The notes under the pieces are model-generated. The model searched no databases. It was not told the origin of the DNA and saw only the letters and a program-made list of their open reading frames with translations. From positions 67,890,001 through 67,954,000 of the forward strand of contig NC_043001.1 in assembly GCF_006345805.1 (NCBI RefSeq): a DNA stretch of 64,000 nucleotides, given 5' to 3'. Shown here piece by piece: positions 30,125 through 43,168 of the stretch (the stretch's first letter is position 1; each line of letters opens with the position of its first letter). The position numbers were made by a program, and so were the translations under genes. This DNA comes from Octopus sinensis. Its lineage: Eukaryota.

Positions 30125-30186
30125 TATGTATATGTATATGTATGTATATGTATATTACATATATCCTCACACACCCAAACACCCAC

Positions 30187-30256
<70 letters not shown>

Positions 30257-30574
30257 ATATTATATATATGTATATGTATATGTATAATATGTGTGTATGT
30301 GTGTTGCCCGAATTAGACTTTTCAAGGTGGGAAGAAACATTGACGTCATGAATCAATATTGATGACGTCAGACAGGTTATATGAATATATCGACTGAAAT
30401 TATTTGCTACCAACGCCACCCCTAACACAGCAACCACCGCCAAAACCACCAGCTCCAAAATCACAAATAGCATCATCATCATCATCAGCAGCAGCAGCAG
30501 CCCCCCCTCCACCATTAACAAAACCAACACCGCATTCACAACACCATTATCTATAACAGTCGTCATTACTAAAC

Positions 30575-30760
30575 AAGTGCAGCAGTCACCACCACCACCA
30601 CCACCACCACCACCACCACCACCACCACCACCACCACCACCACCACCACACCACCACCACCACCACTACCACCACCACCACCACCACCACTACCACCACC
30701 ACTATCACCACCACTACCACCACCACTACCACAACCACTACTACTACTACTACTACTACT
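30575..30760. repeat. (CCA)n/(CTA)n trinucleotide microsatellite
   Basis: Directly visible; it produces the spurious poly-P/H/V ORFs. Confidence 0.95.
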
Positions 30761-31066
30761 TTCTGACATCTTCGTTGTACCTATGTTTCTTCCTGTATTA
30801 TTTTTTCTGGTTAAATAATACATAACTATAAACTATAATCCAAGTTATTCTCACAGTTATTTACGAGTTATTTACAAGTTATTCCACATTATTGATGATA
30901 GAAACAACAAGAGTTAAGGAACGATTGCTCTCAAAGCAAGAATTAAAACAAAAAAGGAGGAAAATGATTATTCCAACTTTGTTCTTTAACTTTCGTAAAG
31001 TGATGTTTGAAGTCTATAGACTTCAGCTTCACCTGCACCACGGCATCAGTTTAAATGAATGTCTAT

Positions 31067-33170
31067 CTTATGCTTATTGTATAGTTAGAAAATCAAATAC
31101 AGTACCTATGACTCTTTCCAATGGTTCTTAAGACCGGTGAGGCAGGGAAGGGCGGATATAGCCTGGCCTGAATCCTTGGAAAAGAATGGAGATACCAAAG
31201 TCACTTAGTTGCCAGGGTAATGGTGTTAAACTGGACAATGGTTTAAGTCTACCATTAAACAATACGGAATAACCTCTCTCTCTCTCTCTCTATGGAGCTT
31301 CCACACAGTTTCTGTTCACTAAATTTCATTGAAAAATGCTTGCGATGTTTTAAGTTTACCACTAAACAATGAGGAACTCTCTCTGTCCCTCTCTCTCGTT
31401 CTCTTTCTCCCCCCTCTATCTCTCTCGTTAATGGGATTCCGCACAGTTTTCGTTTACCAAATTTCAGTAAAAAAGCCTCGGTTGACCCGACGCTTTGGCA
31501 GAAGGCATTTGCTCGAATTGCTGTGCGTGTAGAACGAACCCAAAATAAACTAGTTGTGAAATGAACTTATTAACTACACAGCTATGGTTGCATCCAGAGA
31601 GATGAATTGAATTATTGCCAGTTAATGGCTGCCGTCAAAATACGAGGTGGGTTGCTGTTGATGTGTTGGTGGTTTTGGCGATGGTAGTGTAAGACTTTGT
31701 TGTGGTTTTGATGGTGGTAGGTGAAGTGGTGGTTGTGATGGTGGTTAGGATTGTAGTAGTTGTGATGTGAAAACTGGTTACGATTGTAGTAGCAATCACA
31801 GTGGTTGAGGTTTAAAGAATGGAGATGTGGTAATGTGTTTACAGTAACGTCAACCATAATTTAGTTTGTTTACCTTCTTCTTCTTCTTCTTCCTCTTCTT
31901 TTCTTCTTCTTCTTCTTCTTCTTCTTCTTTTTTCCTTCTTCTTCTTCTTCTCTTCTTCTTCTTCTTCTTCTTCTTCTTCCTTCTTCTTCTTCTTCTTCTT
32001 CTTCTTCTTCTTCTTTTTTTTTTTCTTTCTTCTTTTTCTTCTTCTTCTTTTTCTTCCTTCTTCTTCTTCCTTCTTTTTTTTTTTTCTTCTTCTTCTTCTT
32101 CTCTTCCTTCTTCTTCTTCTTCTCTTTTTCTTCTTCTTTTTCTTTCTTNNNNNNNNNNNNNNNNNNNNNNNNNNNNNNNNNNNNNNNNNNNNNNNNNNNN
32201 NNNNNNNNNNNNNNNNNNNNNNNNNNNNNNNNNNNNNNNNNNNNNNNNCTTATGCTTATTGTATAGTTAGAAAATCAAATACAGTACCTATGACTCTTCC
32301 AAATGTCTAAGACCGGTGAGGCAGGGAAGGGCGGATATAGCCTGGCCTGAATCCTTGGAAAAGAATGGGAGATACCAAAGTCACTTAGTTGCCAGGGTAA
32401 TGGTGTTAAACTGGACAATGGTTTAAGTCTACCATTAAACAATACGGAATAACCTCTCTCTCTCTCTCTATGGAGCTTCCACACAGTTTCTGTTCACTAA
32501 ATTTCATTGAAAAATGCTTGCGATGTTTTAAGTTTACCACTAAACAATGAGGAACTCTCTCTGTCCCTCTCTCTCGTTCTCTTTCTCCCCCCTCTATCTC
32601 TCTCGTTAATGGGATTCCGCACAGTTTTCGTTTACCAAATTTCAGTAAAAAAGCCTCGGTTGACCCGACGCTTTGGCAGAAGGCATTTGCTCGAATTGCT
32701 GTGCGTGTAGAACGAACCCAAAATAAACTAGTGTGAAATGAACTTATTAACTACACAGCTATGGTTGCATCCAGAGAGATGAATTGAATTATTGCCAGTT
32801 AATGGCTGCCGTCAAAATACGAGGTGGGTTTGCTGTGATGTGTTGGGGTTTTGGCGATGGTAGTGTAAGACTTTGTGTGTGGTTTTGATGGTGGTAGGTG
32901 AAGTGGTGGTTGTGATGGTGGTTAGGATTGTAGTAGTTGTGATGTGAAAACTGGTTACGATTGTAGTAGCAATCACAGTGGTTGAGGTTTAAAGAATGGA
33001 GATGTGGTAATGTGTTTACAGTAACGTCAACCATAATTTAGTTTGTTTACCTTCTTCTTCTTCTTCTTCTTCTTCTTCTTCTTCTTCTTTTCTTCTTCTT
33101 CTTCTTCTTCTTCTTCTTCTTCTTCTTCTTCTTCTTCTTCTTCTTCTTCTTCTTCTTCTTCTTCTTCTTC
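31067..33170. repeat. Direct duplication of about 0.8 kb plus (CTT)n across a 100-N scaffold gap (32149-32248)
   Basis: 31067-31870 recurs at 32249-33050 with a few small indels; both copies run into (CTT)n. Confidence 0.9.
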
Positions 33171-33721
33171 GGAAACTACTGCCCTTGTGCCAAAATTCTA
33201 GAAAATAATAACACTTGGATTTGTATTGTAAGTATTTTTAGGATATCTCCACTTCGCTATCTTAAAAATGTATGCTAACCTGGAATATCGGTTAACCTTG
33301 AAAACTAATGGATTAAGAGGTTAGACAGAGAAATCCTTAGATATCCTGTTGTAAGACTAATGAATTAGCGGCTTGAGATCTCTTGGAACCTTCTTTCTAT
33401 AATTAATTATTTAAAATGTTGGACAGAAAGATCCTTAGACATGCTGTTGTGAAACTAATAAATTAGGGTTTGAGAAGAGGATCCTTATATCTGCAATTAA
33501 AAGATAAAGAGGTTGAAGAGAGGGATTTTATAAAAGCACAATGTGATCCTCCTTTTCACGTACAGGTGCAGGCATGGATATGTGGTAAGAAGTTTTCTTC
33601 CCAACCACATGGTTTCGGGTTCAGATGCACTGTGCGTCACCTTGGGCAAATGCATTCTACTGAAATCCTGGACTGTGAGTGGATTTGGTAGATGGAAACT
33701 GAGAGAAGCCCGTCGTGTATA

Positions 33722-33764
<43 letters not shown>

Positions 33765-34476
33765 TACACATACGTGTGGAAATGTATGGCTTAGTGATTA
33801 AGGTATGCGGCTCCATTGCGCGCGCACACGCACACGCACACACACACGCGCGCACACAAACATTTACATACACGCATATATTCACACAGAATTGAAACGC
33901 TGTTTGATTTATTTTTTAGCGTATAATTTTCATCATGCCACTACCAAGTATGACATCACCCCTTCCTTCGTTCCTTATTCACCTATCATCCCTTCCTTTC
34001 TCATTCATAAACACAAGAGCATTATTATAGTCGATTATCTCGGTAACTATGAGCGCTATGAAAAAATATAAAGCTCAGTATCACCGTCGGATCATTCTAC
34101 ACATCTGTGTAATTTTTCGCGCAATTCCACCCAGCCGTTGGACCGTGAATCCCAAGACAAGAAAAAATCACCCATGTCAAATTTATATGTATAGATATAC
34201 ATATATATGCATACATATGCATACATAAATACACACACACACTCACTCACACACATATATATAAATACATATAATGCACAGACAGATATATACGTATATA
34301 TAATATATATTATATATATATACATACCCACATACGTATATATATGTATTATATATAATATATATATTATATATATATATATAATAATATACGTATATAT
34401 ATATAATATACATATATAGATATATACATATAATACAGACACACATATATATACATATATACAGATATCTATATAC

Positions 34477-34526
<50 letters not shown>

Positions 34527-34639
34527 ATATGTATATATACGTATATATATATTGTGTATACGTATAATATAATACACACATACATACATACATACATACA
34601 TACATACATACATACATACAGACATACATATATATATAT

Positions 34640-35230
34640 GAGAAGGTTTGGAGATGATGTACAGGTATTTTATATTAGAAGAAATGAGGTACTCAGAAAT
34701 TCGGATGGTTTTATATTTACAGATATTTATTTGTATATTCTATGTTTTTATACATCATATATCATATATCATATAACATATAATAGTGCTTTCGTCCATT
34801 CTAGTGGAGTTGTCAAATTGAACTGAGTTCAATTTTTCGAAAAATTCTATCCTATATTAGATGTTAATTTAATAGTGTTCACTTCCGGACTCTCTCACTT
34901 TACGAGAACTTTTCGGTTCGAATCGCACGTGTCTCGAGGTGTGCTAGAGAATTTCTATTTTGGATATATTTGAGGTACTTAATTGTGCTCATGGCTTAGT
35001 GCTCGCTTCTTCCATGGGTATAAGTAAGTATTTTACTTATTTCTTTACCGCATTTATCACTGATGAAGAGAAGGTTCTTATGAACTAACTCTGAAATCGG
35101 GTCCGATATGGTAATAACGGAATTTTTTTAGAAATTTGTGTCGGCTGTCTTTGAAACGCCTGCTTGTAGAGATAAATTTCATGGTTATTGACGTAGTGTC
35201 TCATTTCGGCATATTTTGGCATTATAATTT
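34640..35230 (+). mobile_element. Microsatellite-flanked non-coding element carrying an HHR motif (probable solo PLE pLTR)
   Basis: Bounded by (TA)-rich tracts on both sides and contains the HHR core at 35060-35103. Confidence 0.5.
35055..35108 (+). ncRNA. Minimal type I hammerhead motif (one stem I mismatch)
   Basis: ttatca-CTGATGA-agag..ctct-GAAA-TCGG-GTC-cgata. Stem II is perfect 4 bp, and stem I is TATC/GATA after a closing A-C mismatch. Confidence 0.6.
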
Positions 35231-35261
35231 TTTTCTTTTGCCTTACTTATAATTGTGTATA

Positions 35262-35319
<58 letters not shown>

Positions 35320-35513
35320 TTCATATATATATCGAATATATATATATAATACGTATATGCATATACACATACATATATATATACGTTATATAAACATATA
35401 CATACATATATATATATATATATATATTACATAATACATAATATATATATATATATATAATATATATATATATATAGGTTATATATACATACATACATAC
35501 ATATATATATATA

Positions 35514-35555
<42 letters not shown>

Positions 35556-35704
35556 ACGTATATCAAAAGATGTGTTATAACACTATCCCACATATGCAAG
35601 AACATACCTCCACCATACCTCCATCATCAGCCGCTCCACGGATATCATTACGGTTTTGACACTTGGGCAGTACCATTATATCAGGCGGTGTTAACACCAC
35701 TAAA

Positions 35705-37315
35705 AGTTATATACATGTTTATATAAATTGTGTAAACATGCCCTGGCAAAACCCTTCAAGATTCTCTTCCAGAGCTTTCTTACAAATGGCAAACTGCCAA
35801 GCAAGCTGAAGGAGGGAATAATATGCCCAATACATAAAGGGGGAAGTAGAGCAGATGCCAAAAACTATAGGCCTATCTCTCTGACTTCACACATCAGCAA
35901 ATTCATGGAACGGATAGTCAGAGGGAAACTAATCGCATTCCTTGAAAAAAAATAACTTGGCTAAGTGATACCCAGCATGGTTTTCGACCAGGTAGGAGCT
36001 GCCTGACCCAGCTCTTACAACATTATGACTGGGTGTTGAGGCAGTTACTCAACAAATCAAATGTGGATGTAATATACCTTGATTTTGCAAAAGCTTTTGA
36101 CAAGTGGATCATGGTATGATATGCCACAAACTGCGTGACCCCTCTGCAATAGCTGGAAAACTTGGAGTGTGGTTACATGACTTCCTGAAAGATAGGAGTC
36201 ATGCAGTAGTGGCTAATGGAGCCACCTCTATGAACACACAAATAGTGAGCGGTGTTCCACAGGGCACTGTCTTGGGACCACTGCTTGTTATAGTGGCCCT
36301 CTCAGATATGCCCCCAAATGTCCGGATAGCCACTCTGGCAAGCTATGCAGATGATACAAAAGTCTCACATAAAATACAGAACCCCAGCGATGTTGCGCAC
36401 CTGCAGCAGGAGTTGGACTCAATTTACGATGGCTGAGGATAATAATATGCAGTTTAAATGCTGAAAATTCCAGGCCCTGCGCTACCAGCATCCAAAATGA
36501 ATATTAAACCTAAGGTTATACCGGTCCCACAGGAATTTCAATCCCATAGCCTAAGTCAGTGAGGGACCTGGGTATCAACATGAGTGATGATACCTCTTTC
36601 CAAGTGCACATTACCAGGATGACGACAAAGTGCAGACGACTGGCTGGATGGATCCTAAGAACATTCAGAACCAGAGATAAGGAAACCATGATGGTCCTCT
36701 GGCAGACATTCGTCCTCAGCCGCCTGGATTACTGCTCACAGCTATGGTCACCAAACAGTGTGAGATTAACAACGGACCTTGAAGCAATCCAGAGAATATT
36801 CACAAAGAAGATCGTCTCTTTGCAACAGCTCAGCTACTGGGAAAGGTTGAAAGAGCTATGACTCTACTCTCTGGGGAGAAGAGGGGCGAGGTATGCAGTA
36901 ATATATATCTGGAAGATCCTGGAAGGAATTATGCCAAATTTTGGCATTGAAAGCTATACCAATGCCAGAACGGGACGACACTGCATGGTGCCAAAGATCC
37001 CAGCAATGCCATCACGCTTCAGGACCAGTTACTGCAACAGCCTAGGTTTCAAGGGCCCACAGCTTTTTAATATTCTCCCAAAGAGTCTGAGGAACTTGCA
37101 CAAAGTAGATGTAGCGGTTTTTAAATCAAAGCTGGACCTCTTCCTGTCGAGAGTCCCAGATGAGCCTACCTCAAGGCAAGAGGTGCAAATGATGGTAGCT
37201 ATATTAAACTTCATTCTTCATCAAGTGCCACATATTAGAGGAGGCTCCTAGTAATAACAGTGTAGCACAAAACGGCGGTTCACCAGCATGGCCGCAGCTC
37301 TCAGCCGAAACTTAA
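35705..37315 (+). mobile_element. CR1-like LINE, 5'-truncated RT plus 3' UTR, frameshifted
   Basis: NYRPISLTSHISKFMERIV, DFAKAFD, GVPQGTVLGPLL, YADDTK, SRLDYCSQLWSP, FKGPQLFNILP; ends at GAAACTTAA plus (TA)n. Confidence 0.9.
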
Positions 37316-37343
37316 TATATATATTATATATATATATATATAG

Positions 37344-37378
<35 letters not shown>

Positions 37379-37446
37379 ATATATATTATATATTATATAT
37401 ATATTATATATATATTATATATAATATATATTTATATTTATATATA

Positions 37447-37500
<54 letters not shown>

Positions 37501-37641
37501 TATATATATATATTATATATATATATATATATAATACGTTGAAATATTTGTTGTGGCAGATTTTTTATGTGAAGTCGTGTGTTGAAACAGATATTGTTAT
37601 ATTTCGGAATGGTCATTTTGACAGTTTAGCCAATAAATGAG

Positions 37642-37763
37642 GGTAGCTATATCAAACTTCATTCTTCATCAAGTGCCACATATTAGAGGAGGCTCCTAGT
37701 AATAACAGTGTAGCACAAAACGGCGGTGCACCAGCATGGCCGCAGCTCTCAGCTGAAACTTAA
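37642..37763 (+). mobile_element. Isolated second copy of the CR1-like LINE 3' terminal about 120 bp
   Basis: Near-identical to 37194-37315, with about 3 substitutions. Confidence 0.85.
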
Positions 37764-37789
37764 AATATATATATATATATATACAAAAT

Positions 37790-37985
37790 GGCTGACGGTT
37801 AGTAAGGAGAGACACAAATACGAAAGAAGAAAACAAAGGACCACTGATGCGGTCACAGGAGTGTGACGAAAGAACTCTGGCCGAAATAAGATTAAGATTA
37901 ATGTAAAAATTAAATAACACCAAATATATAGTGCGTGTGTTTTTATTGGGTAAACTGGCAAAATGACCATTCCGAAATATAATAT
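37790..37985 (+). mobile_element. (TA)n-flanked short element with degenerate HHR-like core; related fragments at 37540-37637 and 63937-64000
   Basis: acca-CTGATGCG-gtcac-aggagt-gtgac-GAAAG-AAC-TC-tgg at 37841-37880. The right end is the reverse complement of 37590-37637. Confidence 0.5.
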
Positions 37986-38000
37986 ATATATATATAGTAT

Positions 38001-38068
<68 letters not shown>

Positions 38069-38099
38069 TATATATATATATATATATTATATATATATC

Positions 38100-38190
<91 letters not shown>

Positions 38191-38207
38191 TATATATATT
38201 AATATAT

Positions 38208-38393
38208 GGCGTAGGAGTGGGTGTTGGTAAATAGCTTGCTAACCAACCACATGGTTCCGGGTTCAGTCCCACTGCGTGGCATCTTGGGCAAGTTCTTCTG
38301 CCTATAGCCCCGGGCCGACCAATGCCTTGTGGGTGGATTTGGTGGACGGAAGCTGAAGGAGGCCTGTCGTATATATGTATATATATATAATAT

Positions 38394-38436
<43 letters not shown>

Positions 38437-38675
38437 TATATATATATGTATGTTGTGTGTTGTTTGTGTCTCTGTGTTTGTCCCCCTAGCATTGCTTGAC
38501 AACCGATGCTTGTGTGTTTACGTCCCCGTCACTTAGCGGTCCGGCAAAAGAGACCGATAGAATAAGTACTGGGCTTACAAAGAATAAGTCCCGGGTTCGA
38601 TTTGCTCGACTAAAGGCGGTGCTCCAGCATGGCCGCAGTCAAATGACTGAAACAAGTAAAAGAGTAAAAGAGTAA
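38208..38675 (+). mobile_element. SINE family A, full length
   Basis: tRNA-like head (GGTTCAGTCCC B-box), central microsatellite, LINE-like 3' tail and GAGTAAAA repeats. Confidence 0.9.
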
Positions 38676-39404
38676 TATATATACCTAAGTAGCATATACA
38701 CAAAAGTTATATATGTACATCTATACATGTATAAATATAATTATATATATATACAGATATATATAATTATATTATACATGTGTGGATGTGTGTGTGTGTG
38801 TGTGTGTGCTTGTGCTTATGTTTGTCCTCGTCGGTGCTGGTCTGTTTACGTCTCCGTAAGCTATCAGTTTGGCAAAAGCAAGCGATAGAGTTAGTACTTA
38901 AAAAAAGAAAGCAAATGCCAAGGTCAATTTGTTGGACGAAATGCCTTTCAACGCGATGCTCAAGTATGGCGTGAATTAAATGACAAACGAGTAAAAGGTA
39001 AAAGAAAGAAGAAAATACCAACAACTGGTTGGTAAGTGATTCATAAACAGAAATCTGTCACTGCAAAGGTATGTATAATTCATGTGGATAGATGCATCAT
39101 CGGTTTCTACGATGAGTAAGTTGTTCGATGAAAAGAATAACTCATGGGTAATGTGACTCAGACAAGTGTATCCTTTACATAGTCCTCAGGCCGAACCAGC
39201 GTGATACAAGCATGTAACAATAAACCTTATAATCAAAGGTGTCCCACCATGGCTATCCTGAGTTGCTTAGAAATCTGGGACTACATTTTTTAACGCGAAC
39301 TCCCTTTTTAAATACAGAAGATTAGGCTGCTATTTCTTGCAGGTTAATCGGGAACTTAAAAGATCTTTCGTTGCTTTGTGAGAAGTAAATGTTGGTGTGC
39401 CAAC

Positions 39405-39474
<70 letters not shown>

Positions 39475-39636
39475 GATAGTGTGAAATATGAAGTGAAAGA
39501 GAGAAAGAGACGGAAGGAAACAGGAGAGATAGATAGAGAGTGTGAAAGAGAGAATAAGAGACTGAATAAGAGAGAGATAATAAGAGTGAGAGAAAGAGAG
39601 AAAGAGAGAAAGAACGAAAGAGAGAAAGGAAAAGAG

Positions 39637-39695
<59 letters not shown>
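39405..39695. repeat. (GA)n-rich microsatellite
   Basis: Directly visible. Confidence 0.95.
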
Positions 39696-39697
<2 letters not shown>

Positions 39698-40229
39698 AAC
39701 TGTGACCAACCTCTTTTAAGAGATTCTAGTTAAGATTTAGGTTGAGTGAAAATTGCTAGAACTGCCTGTCCATTCCATCATTCCATGTTCCATTAGCTCA
39801 TCATTGAAATCCACCTCTGTTTACTGATCCAGACATAACTTCTTCCTTCCTTCATGAAGTCATTTACACCATTCCGTTTATAAAAGATACTCTTCAAAGA
39901 ACTACTATTATTATTGTTGATGAGAGTTTTTGTTTTAGAAATATTTTGGCAATATTAATATTTCCTGAATGTAATAATTATTAAGAGGGGAATATTGATT
40001 TTATTCCTGATCATGTTTTCCCTTCATTGAGTCTTTGAAGTGAATTGGACGCCTCTTTCGGTTCCCTCCTCCCTTCCGCCACTAAAAACAAAGAAGACTC
40101 CAGCTGAACAGTGAGATTTCATTAGAAAGCTATTTCCTCCATTCTTTGAAATTTAATTTTCTGCACGATAGTAACATTACAACCAAGCTGGGTTTTTTTT
40201 GTTATTAGGTTGGTCTGGAAGAGGAGGCT

Positions 40230-41080
40230 ATGATCCACAGCGTTCACAGGCTATCCCATACTAACGAGATTGATGCTGTTAATGTCAATGTTCTGCTTAA
40301 GCTGTTGAAAGTGGCTGTTTGTAAGAAAGACGTGTGCAGGGTGGGAATTAAAGAGACTCGGAATTTTGGCAAGAAAACTCAGTAAAGTTTTAGAAAGAAA
40401 ACTGTGCAGATCCTAGGAGTTGAACGTAGTACGAAAGGTGAAGAGACGAATGAGTTGAGGCTGATCGTGGTGCAGAGGCCATTGCAGTATTAGTAGAAAA
40501 GGCAAAGAGAGGATAAATGTACGAAGAACAGCATTTGGAGTGTATTTGTGACTGACTTCAGGTTAATTCAAAGGTAGCAGTCTTTCATTGAATGATGCAG
40601 TCTAAGATGTCTTCGTGCGCCCCCAGATGTAGTAGTAACACTCTTCTGCATGCCACACCTAAGCTTTGTATAGCATATTTTCCCCTACAATGCTCAACCC
40701 TGTGCTTTGTAGGGGATTAAGTACTGTTGGCTCTGAAAGGAAAGGTCAGTGTTTGAAATATAGGTTGAACAGGAAAGATCCTCACTGATGGTGGGGTCTA
40801 TTATTTGGAGCGGATGTTAAGGCTTTGATGGCTTTGCTCACGTTTTATCGATATGTACAGTGACTGTGGCTTTTTGCTGGTGAAGGAAACAAGATTGGTA
40901 CGACCAGACTGAAAGATGCTTTTGAAGCTCCGTTCTTATAGTCAAAGCTGGTTTGGTGTCAAGTATCAAAGCTGCACGTAGATGGTACTTAGGTACATAA
41001 ATGAAAAGTCAGTGTTGTCGAAGGTAACATCATGTAGGTCATTGGAAGGATGTATGGAGAATAAAACCGAATCCCAGGGC
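40230..41080 (-). mobile_element. Highly degraded CR1/L2-like LINE 3' remnant
   Basis: Minus-strand fragments resembling the 3' ORF end of the 48240-49230 remnant; many stops. Confidence 0.4.
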
Positions 41081-41105
41081 AAATAGTTGACATAATGTAG
41101 GCAAG

Positions 41106-41151
<46 letters not shown>

Positions 41152-41580
41152 GGGGGTAGGAAGAGAATTGGCATTTTTAGTAACTAAATATTTTACGAAA
41201 TCTTTTTTGCTTTGCTTTCTATATTTACTCAGTAACCTACACAGCTATAGAGTCCAACCAAAGAAAATCAAATGAAAATGACTATAACGCGAGTCTTCTT
41301 CATAGTTTCATGTACAACTGAAATAACTACACACATATATATATGATACATGTGTATACATGCACAAACACTCAAGCATATATCTAATATATCATATGCA
41401 GCACACCTAGTATGCAATATACTGTGCATATTTCGAATGGTTTATAGCGTTTAGGGAACGTGAAACTCTGAGTAACAGTTTTTGTAATATATCTGGTGTT
41501 TTTAATAATGCATATTACTCTACCTCTGGTATTTGAGTACTCTTTTTTCAACCATGTTTCACATTTATGTGCTTCCTCCG

Positions 41581-41634
<54 letters not shown>

Positions 41635-41659
41635 ATATATATATGTAGTGTATCTTGCA

Positions 41660-42000
41660 AGCATGAAGTGGAATCGATCCCCCATAACCAAATTTAAATT
41701 AACAGTTCAACAGAACTTTTCCCATGGTGGAACAATGGTTTTTCTGTGACAGCAGTTTTACATTTGCCAGGTTGTCTTTGGCTTTGCCGAAATAATGTCT
41801 TCACCACTTGACCCTTATAACCTCTTCTACTTTACCAACAACTAGAATATAGATATCACAGTACCACCAACGAATCCCATTGTTCTCAACGATTTGTTTA
41901 TCCTTCTGGATAGTTATAAAAACAAGAACCCGCAAGCAAAAGACAGTTAGGCACTTTGTTGAAAATCGTGAGTTAAGAGAGAGCTAACATCGGTTAGTGA
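41660..42000 (-). mobile_element. Degraded repeat, probable PLE GIY-YIG C-terminal remnant; related copy at 50500-50880
   Basis: Shares CACTTGACCC.T.TAACCTCTTCTA...TTGTTCTCAA..AT.TGT.TATCCTTCTGG with 50704-50810. The minus-strand translation resembles VKW...KC..C.TEK...CMH. Confidence 0.45.
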
Positions 42001-42314
42001 ACCGACCACTAGAATCATGGAAACAGGCAGACAAAACGACCAGAGGGATAAAGAAGGACAACGTCCCACACTCTATCACTCTCACTAGCTCTAATTATGT
42101 TCTCTTACAATATCATTCTATCTCCCTCTGTAATTACTACTAAACGATGACGAGAACACAAACACAAACTATTCAAGGAAAATCTACATCTATCTTTACT
42201 TCGCATGCTTTACAATTATTATCACCTGCCCGAAATACAGTTTCTGCCAAGATATCTGCTGATCACATAGATCAGTTTCTTTTAAAAATTCTTCCATGTG
42301 ACTTTCTTCCAGCG

Positions 42315-43011
42315 TTGTGGAAAATAGCTATTTGACCTCTATATCTAGCATGTTGACCGTCCTCTTTTAGTGGTCAGTCCTTTAAATTTTGTATGTAAAA
42401 ATATTTTAATCTTCGGATTTTTTTAATATGCTAGGCCATTGGTTTTAATAGATTAATATCAATTTCTACCCTTATTAAATTTTAAATAATAAAAAATGTT
42501 CTCTAACCGGTAAATTGACTGCTGCTACTTATTGGCTGCAGGGTAGATTTCCGATCTCAGCGCGCCAAAGTGAAGGCATTTGAAAGATACACATAAATAT
42601 AATTGGTTGGACTCTATGCATGCGAGACTCCGGTCAAATGTTTTTGTATCTAGTCCTGCAAATTGTATTTCTATATGACAGACTATGCTGATGAGATTGC
42701 ATGTATCCATATGCGTGGATAATAACAATCGAAACTGATCGGTACATAGGTAATCATTCTTATTTCGTATATTTTCATTTGTCTTGCTTATTTTTAATGC
42801 TTTGGTTCGTGCTGAGTTTTTTTTTATTTGAGAACATATTCTTTGTGGAAAATAGCGATTTGACGTCTATATCTAGCATGTTGACCGTTCACTTTTAGTG
42901 GTCAGTCCGTTAAATTTTGTATGTAAAATATTTTAATCTTCGGATTTTTTTAATATGCTAGGCCACTGGTTTTAATTGATTATTATCAATTTCTACCCTT
43001 ATTAAATTTTA
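42315..43011 (+). mobile_element. Retrozyme/pLTR-like unit: about 170-bp direct repeats (42315-42484, 42843-43011) enclosing an HHR
   Basis: The direct repeats are visible by eye (period 528 bp), the HHR lies at 42683-42749, and there is no coding capacity. Confidence 0.6.
42683..42749 (+). ncRNA. Type I hammerhead ribozyme, apparently intact
   Basis: ctatg-CTGATGA-gattg...caatc-GAAAC-TGATCG-GTA-catag. Stems I and II are perfect 5 bp, loop II contains a TATCCA/TGGATA hairpin, stem III is near-palindromic ACTGATCGGT, and the triplet is GUA. Confidence 0.9.
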
Positions 43012-43019
43012 TATATATA

Positions 43020-43168
43020 TACGACGTTTCCGTCTACCAAATCCTCTCACAAGGCTTTGGTCGGCCCGAGGCTATAGTAGAAGACACTTGCCCAAGGTGC
43101 CACGCAGTGGGACTGAACCCGGAACCATGTCGTTCATAAGCAAGCTACTTACCACACAGCCACTCCTA
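43020..43168 (-). mobile_element. SINE family A, 5' (tRNA-like) half
   Basis: Reverse complement of the 38208-38370 head. Confidence 0.85.

Noticed and set aside
30024-30825. Poly-Pro/His/Val/Gly ORFs resembling low-complexity proteins
   Set aside because: They derive from (CCA)n/(CTA)n/(CAT)n microsatellites, with no splice or homology support.
31067-33170. Possible tandem gene or segment duplication
   Set aside because: The two copies sit on either side of a 100-N gap, both end in the same (CTT)n and differ mainly by small indels, so this is most likely an unmerged contig overlap.
38208-38290. tRNA-like sequences with A and B boxes (also 9542, 33570, 45961)
   Set aside because: They are SINE heads with no cloverleaf, followed by SINE bodies, not tRNA genes.
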